This document shows, piece after piece, positions 59,126-64,000 of a stretch of 64,000 nt of DNA. Source of the DNA: Limnohabitans sp. (GTDB lineage: Bacteria > Pseudomonadota > Gammaproteobacteria > Burkholderiales > Burkholderiaceae_C). The notes under the pieces were generated by a model. The model was not told where the DNA came from, searched no databases, and saw only the letters and a list, made by a program, of their open reading frames with translations. The stretch spans positions 737-64,736 of the forward strand of contig NZ_JBIKHV010000008.1 of NCBI RefSeq assembly GCF_044361985.1, given 5' to 3'. A program made the translations under genes and the position numbers. Each line of letters begins with the position of its first letter. The stretch's first letter is position 1.

Positions 59126-60541
59126 ATGTCCTTTGAATCACCGCTAGAGGCGCCTTCAGAAACACCACTGCATGCGCTGTCATTGGCGCAAGCCAGTGCC
59201 TTGATACGGCAAGGACAGATCACGCCGGTGCAATTGGTGCAGGCCTACAGCGACCGGATCGAGGCCCTGGATGCCCAAACGCATGCGTTTGTCACGCCCA
59301 CCCTGGCATCGGCCATGCAAGCCGCACACCAGGCCACTCGGGAAATCCGTGAAGGCCACTACAAGGGGCCTTTGCATGGCATTCCCATTGCACACAAGGA
59401 TGTGTTTCTCACGCAGGGCGAACGCACCACCGCACACTCACGGCATTTGCAAGATTGGCTGCCGCCCATCAGCTCCACACTGGTCACAGGCTTGGCGCAA
59501 CTTGGGGCCATCAGCCTGGGTAAAACGGCTTGCCACGAGTTTGCCTTTGGCTCGCCAGCGCCCGACGACCCCTTTCCCCCTGCTCGCAATCCCTGGAATC
59601 TGGCGCACATGCCGGGCAGTTCCAGCAGTGGCTCGGGTGCAGCTGTGGCAGCGGCTCTGTGCCTGGCAGCGACGGGCACAGACACGGGCGGCTCCATCAG
59701 GCACCCAGCGGCGGCTTGTGGCGTGGTGGGCATGAAGCCCACGCGACATGCCTACCCGATGTCGGGCGTTTTGGCCTTGGCACCCACGCTGGATGTGGCC
59801 GGATTCATCACCCGCACAGCGCTCGACCAGGCCTTGATCTGGGATGCCTGGCACGGCACCGACGTGTCCGCCACATGCTTGGCCGATACAAAGTCTTCAG
59901 TGCTCAAAGGATTGCGCATGGGTGTGCCTGCGGGCTTGTGGCAAGACCCTGAAAACGACCAAGCCACACACGACCCTCAAATTCGGGCCTGCTTCGAAAT
60001 GGCCCTGGATAAATTGCAGGGCGCAGGCGCACAGCTGGTGAGCGTGAACCTGCCCCCCCGGCAACAAGTAGTGCACGCTGCCAACACCCTCATTGGCTAC
60101 GAAGCCTTTCAGCAACTGCAGCACATTTGGCGCGATCAGCCTGCCCATCTGGGCCAGGGTCTGAGGCAAAAACTGGCCAGCGCTTCCACACTGAGCCTGA
60201 ACGATTACCAAGCCGCCAGGGTCCAGGCCAATGTCTGGCAGGCCCAGGTCAGCGCCGTGCTGGCAGGGCAAGTTGATGTCTTAATGTGGCCAGGCCGCGA
60301 GTCTTTGCCTGAGACCTTGCAAGCACTGATGGACCAACCCACCGCACAGCGCAGCGCGTGCAACCGCTTGTTCAGCCTCACGGGGCATCCTGCCCTGACT
60401 TGCCCGATGGGCGTGTCGACGCAAGGCCTGCCCATGGCTTTGCAAATGGGCAGTGGTTTGAACAGCGAGCGCCATTTGCTGCAGGTGGCCCATGCTTTTG
60501 AAGCGCTTATCGCTTGGCAATGGCCCAGCTTGCTGGCTTGA
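59126..60541 (+). CDS. amidase signature family protein
   Basis: GPLHGIPIAHKD, PGSSSSG, TDTGGSIR. Confidence 0.92.
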   Translation: MSFESPLEAPSETPLHALSLAQASALIRQGQITPVQLVQAYSDRIEALDAQTHAFVTPTLASAMQAAHQATREIREGHYKGPLHGIPIAHKDVFLTQGERTTAHSRHLQDWLPPISSTLVTGLAQLGAISLGKTACHEFAFGSPAPDDPFPPARNPWNLAHMPGSSSSGSGAAVAAALCLAATGTDTGGSIRHPAAACGVVGMKPTRHAYPMSGVLALAPTLDVAGFITRTALDQALIWDAWHGTDVSATCLADTKSSVLKGLRMGVPAGLWQDPENDQATHDPQIRACFEMALDKLQGAGAQLVSVNLPPRQQVVHAANTLIGYEAFQQLQHIWRDQPAHLGQGLRQKLASASTLSLNDYQAARVQANVWQAQVSAVLAGQVDVLMWPGRESLPETLQALMDQPTAQRSACNRLFSLTGHPALTCPMGVSTQGLPMALQMGSGLNSERHLLQVAHAFEALIAWQWPSLLA

Positions 60542-60544
60542 AGC

Positions 60545-61392
60545 ATGGCCTTTGTTCACATCCATGGCGTGCGTCTGCATTACGAGGTGATGGGAGAGCA
60601 AGGGCCTTGGCTGGCGCTGGTGTCTGGTGGGCGCCGCAGTGGCGCTGAATTTCGGCCACTGGCCACGAACATGGCTGCCCGGGGGTTTCGGGTGCTGTTG
60701 CACGATCGGCGCAACACAGGCGCCTCAGATGTTCTGATCGAGGGTGATTCGGGCGAAGAAGCCATCTGGGCCGATGACTGGGCGCAGTTGTTGCAGCACC
60801 TGACGCGGTGCCTGCTTTTTTGGGGGGTGGGTCTTCAGGCGCTCGTTTGGCCTTGCTGACCAGCATGCGCCACCCCGAGCTGGTTCGTGGCTTGCTGCTC
60901 ATGCGCATCACGGGGGGTGCGTTCACAGCCAGCCGCTTGCCAGAAACTTATTACGGTCAGTTCATTCGCGCTGCCGAGCAAGGCGGAATGCAAGCCGTTT
61001 GCGAGACGACTTTCTACCAAGAATGTATCCAGGCCCATCCGGCCAACCGGGATCGACTGATGGCCATGGACCCCGGCCAATACATCTCGGTGATGCGCCA
61101 TTGGCTGGCCATTTTTTTGCAAGGCCCACGCGTGCCGGTGCTGGGCATGACCACCGATGCCTTGCAGGCCATTCGCGTCCCCACCTGGCTGGTCCCTGGC
61201 AATGACCTGACCCATGTGTCGCGTCATGGACGCGAAGCCGCTGGCCTGATTCCGGGCTGTGAGCTGTTTGAGTTGCCGGTGGTAGACCAAGACGTAACCG
61301 CTTTGCCGTTTTCCGCCTGGGCGGCACACGAAGAAACCCTGGCGACAGCCATGGCCGATTTCATGCGCCGGGTGATGGATGATGGCGCATGA
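60545..61392 (+). pseudogene. alpha/beta hydrolase, frameshifted near 60803
   Basis: Frame 1 reads ..RVLLHDRRNTGAS..LLQHL; frame 2 continues AVPAFLGGGSSGAR (nucleophile elbow). One added base (CTG-gAC) joins them. Confidence 0.8.
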
Positions 61393-61414
61393 AATTTAGC
61401 AAGGAGATATTGGC

Positions 61415-61909
61415 ATGAACACACCGACCAACCCGTCCATCCGCCGCATCGTGACGGGTCACGATGAACAAGGCAAAGCCATCGTGGAAATCGATGAGAT
61501 CTGCAGCCATTACCGTCAGGGCCGACCCAATGGTTTTGTGTGCAACGTGTGGACCACCGACACCCACCCGGCCGACAACAACGGGCATGCCGATGCTGGC
61601 AAGCGTGAGGGCAAGTTTTCGGTGATCGAAAACGGCAGTGTCTTTCGCATTCTCGATTTTCACCCGGGTGTTCAGCAGCGCGTGCACCGCACCGACTCGG
61701 TCGATTACATCGTGGTGATGTCTGGCGAGATCGACATGGAACTCGAGTCCGGCCAAGAGGTTCACCTGAAAGCCGGTGACGTCATGGTGCAGCGCGGCAC
61801 CGTGCACAACTGGATCAATCGGGGCACAGAAACCTGCGTGATGGCAGTGATTCTGGTGCATGCCCACCCTGTGCAGGCTGGGGACCAGACACTCAAGGCT
61901 TTTGGTTGA
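61415..61909 (+). CDS. cupin domain protein
   Basis: RRIVTGHD, HRTDSVDY, GDVMVQRGTVHNW. Confidence 0.9.
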   Translation: MNTPTNPSIRRIVTGHDEQGKAIVEIDEICSHYRQGRPNGFVCNVWTTDTHPADNNGHADAGKREGKFSVIENGSVFRILDFHPGVQQRVHRTDSVDYIVVMSGEIDMELESGQEVHLKAGDVMVQRGTVHNWINRGTETCVMAVILVHAHPVQAGDQTLKAFG

Positions 61910-61995
61910 TTTCGAGCCTTGGGGTGCCAATCATCCAGGGCTGATGGCCGAAACCCCGAGTCGGGCCTTCGCTGATCGCACAAAAGACCCGTGGC

Positions 61996-62571
61996 TCAAT
62001 TCGGGAAGGGGGCAAGACCCGATGCCGCATGGTCGGGCAGGCTGCGGCGCGTGGTGTTCATGACCATGGCCAGCAAACTGTAATAGCCACAATGGGCCGT
62101 CATGTCGATGACGCCTTGGTCACCAAACATTTTTTGGGCGGCTGCCCACGTCACATCGCTGACCGACTGGTTGTGCAGCAACTCTTGCAGAAAGTCGTAC
62201 ACCATGGTTTCTTCGGCCGTCATATTGGGCGGGCGGCGACCGTCCGCCAGGGCATCGCAAGTTTCCTCACTCACACCGGCCTTGATCGCAATCGGTTTGT
62301 GTATATGCCACTCCACCGGCTGTGACCAATGGCGGGCCACTACCAAAACAGCGAATTCAGAGTTGTGTAAACCCACGGTGTTGTCATAGCGCAGGTACTC
62401 ACCCACTTTTTGCAAACGCCGCATCAGTTCGGGGCTGCGCATCAGGGGCACAAAAGGGCCACTGAGTTTGCCTCTTGGGCCGCTGACCAGTTCGTCCACC
62501 GCCGCACGTTGTGCATCGGTCATCTGTTCCGGGGACATTTCTGGCAGGCGATCTGTTTTGGAGGGGCTCAT
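61996..62571 (-). CDS. carboxymuconolactone decarboxylase family protein
   Basis: GPRG..GPF..SPEL..EFAVLVVAR.W..EW..H..A..AG, GYY; start moved to ATG 62571. Confidence 0.85.
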   Translation of the reverse strand: MSPSKTDRLPEMSPEQMTDAQRAAVDELVSGPRGKLSGPFVPLMRSPELMRRLQKVGEYLRYDNTVGLHNSEFAVLVVARHWSQPVEWHIHKPIAIKAGVSEETCDALADGRRPPNMTAEETMVYDFLQELLHNQSVSDVTWAAAQKMFGDQGVIDMTAHCGYYSLLAMVMNTTRRSLPDHAASGLAPFPN

Positions 62572-62731
62572 GGGGCGTCTCGGGTGTTGGGTTTCAAAGG
62601 CCATCTTGAAAACGCAATTTATCACCAAGCCACCATCAGCCCAGTCGTGTGCGGGATAGCCGGACGATGCCCCCCGAACGCTTTGAATGGGGTGCACTGG
62701 CCATGCCCACTGCCCTTCATTTCATGCAGGC

Positions 62732-63250
62732 TCAATAGTCGTATGCCCAAGTGAGTCTGACGGCTTCCAGCCCGTGGTTCGGCTCTTTGTAGCCCCCGTT
62801 GCTGATGTGCATGAAGCCAATGCCCAGCTTCGTTTTTCCGTTGAGCCGGTACATGACATCGAGGGTGGTTCTGAAATTGAAGCTTCCGCTCAGGGAGCGG
62901 ATTCTGTCATTCCCCTTGATGGACGAGTAAGAGGGATAGATGAAAAGCGTCATGTCCAGACCTTTGACATCAATGGTCTTGCCAACACCCGGCCCGAACA
63001 TGTAAGTGCCTTGTCCGTTCAGCATCGCCGAGGCACCGTACCGCAGTCCATAAAAGCTTGTCGGCTTGGACTGGTAAGACACATCGATGGCACTTTTATC
63101 TTTGGTCAACGACAGATCCCACTCCTTGTTGTGGACATCCGTCATGTACGAAAAAGTCACAGTTTCTTTATTCACGGTAGTTGATTCAGGTACGGCCGTA
63201 AACCATGCAGAACCCAGAATGATCGCGATGGCGGCAGCACTGTCGAACAT
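62732..63250 (-). CDS. outer-membrane beta-barrel, lipid A 3-O-deacylase (PagL/acyloxyacyl hydrolase)-like
   Basis: Signal-like N-terminus, FNFRT, HISNGG..PNHG, aromatic C-terminus. Confidence 0.7.
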   Translation of the reverse strand: MFDSAAAIAIILGSAWFTAVPESTTVNKETVTFSYMTDVHNKEWDLSLTKDKSAIDVSYQSKPTSFYGLRYGASAMLNGQGTYMFGPGVGKTIDVKGLDMTLFIYPSYSSIKGNDRIRSLSGSFNFRTTLDVMYRLNGKTKLGIGFMHISNGGYKEPNHGLEAVRLTWAYDY

Positions 63251-64000
63251 TTTTTTCTTTCTTGATGGAGGGATCAGGAATATCAAATTTCACAAGGTTG
63301 ACACGCGCATCATCTCGCCAAAACCCCCGTGAAATGTTGATTCAAAACAGGGAAACCTTCTGCAGCGACTGCAAGGGCAGTGCAGTCAAAACCAATGCCT
63401 CCAGTGGTCGCTGTACAAGCGGCTGTGGCTACCGTCGTGGAACAGCCTATGAATCAAGTGACGCAGTCTTGCAATGGGTCTGATTTGGAAGCTTGTGATT
63501 TCGGAGACACCGTTTTGAAAAAGCTTGGTGGCGTGTTGGGTTCCACGCCACTCTGAGTTGGCTGTGAGGCAGCAGCAGTGTTGTCTCAGAGAGTCGGCAG
63601 CAAATTAATGGGCCTTATTCAACGCCACCCCAAAGCCCGCCTCGCACGGGTCTTTTCCATTTTTGGAGGCTCAAAAACCCATATTTGAGACGTTAAAATG
63701 AGCTATTTTGTAGCACTCATATCGTCTGATCTCAAAAATGAAACGCATATTCCCCCAATCTTTGCGAGGACAGCACTTGCGGGTGCTGATGATGGCGTTG
63801 CACGTTTCATGGGCCAGCTTGTCCATTTGCGGCGTCAGTTTGGTGATGGCGCAGTCCACAGATCCGCTGCTGGATTTTTCTTTAGTCATGCCTCCGCAGG
63901 GAGACAAGATCAAACTGGTCAAACCGAGTGTCAATTGGTTGGTCAAGCCCGATGCGGCGCAATATTGCGAGCAGGTGAGTGAACAAGATGGATTTTCTGT

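Noticed and set aside
63671-63982. Short ORFs at the window end
   Set aside because: Overlapping on both strands with no recognisable family; cannot be supported

Overview
Accessory-gene-rich region of a betaproteobacterium. The Comamonadaceae/Limnohabitans-like assignment is inferred from eight Bug/TctC proteins and overall gene style. Most of the window is regulator + transporter + catabolic-enzyme cassettes (CoA transferases, acyl-CoA dehydrogenases, SDRs, luciferase-like monooxygenases, amidases, TRAP/TTT transporters), with IS30/IS3 remnants between some of them. The most unusual part is a compact element at about 33.0-39.9 kb. It carries a P4-type tyrosine integrase, AlpA, an uncharacterised 237-aa protein, a family A DNA polymerase (3'-5' exo + pol, no 5'-3' exo) and a small wHTH-like protein, with no recognisable primase, helicase or capsid gene. 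It contains an attP-like junction (tRNA-Ser 3'-end core with arm-type repeats and IHF sites on both sides) and is bracketed by 76-bp cos-like inverted repeats. A second core copy at 48.8 kb marks an attR-like end of a tandem island array; the tRNA itself is not in the window. Arrays of degenerate ~30-bp palindromes with ~45-bp period flank the neighbouring LysR-Bug-oxidoreductase cassette. No rRNA, complete tRNA or CRISPR array was seen. All calls come from motif reading; no database searches were run.
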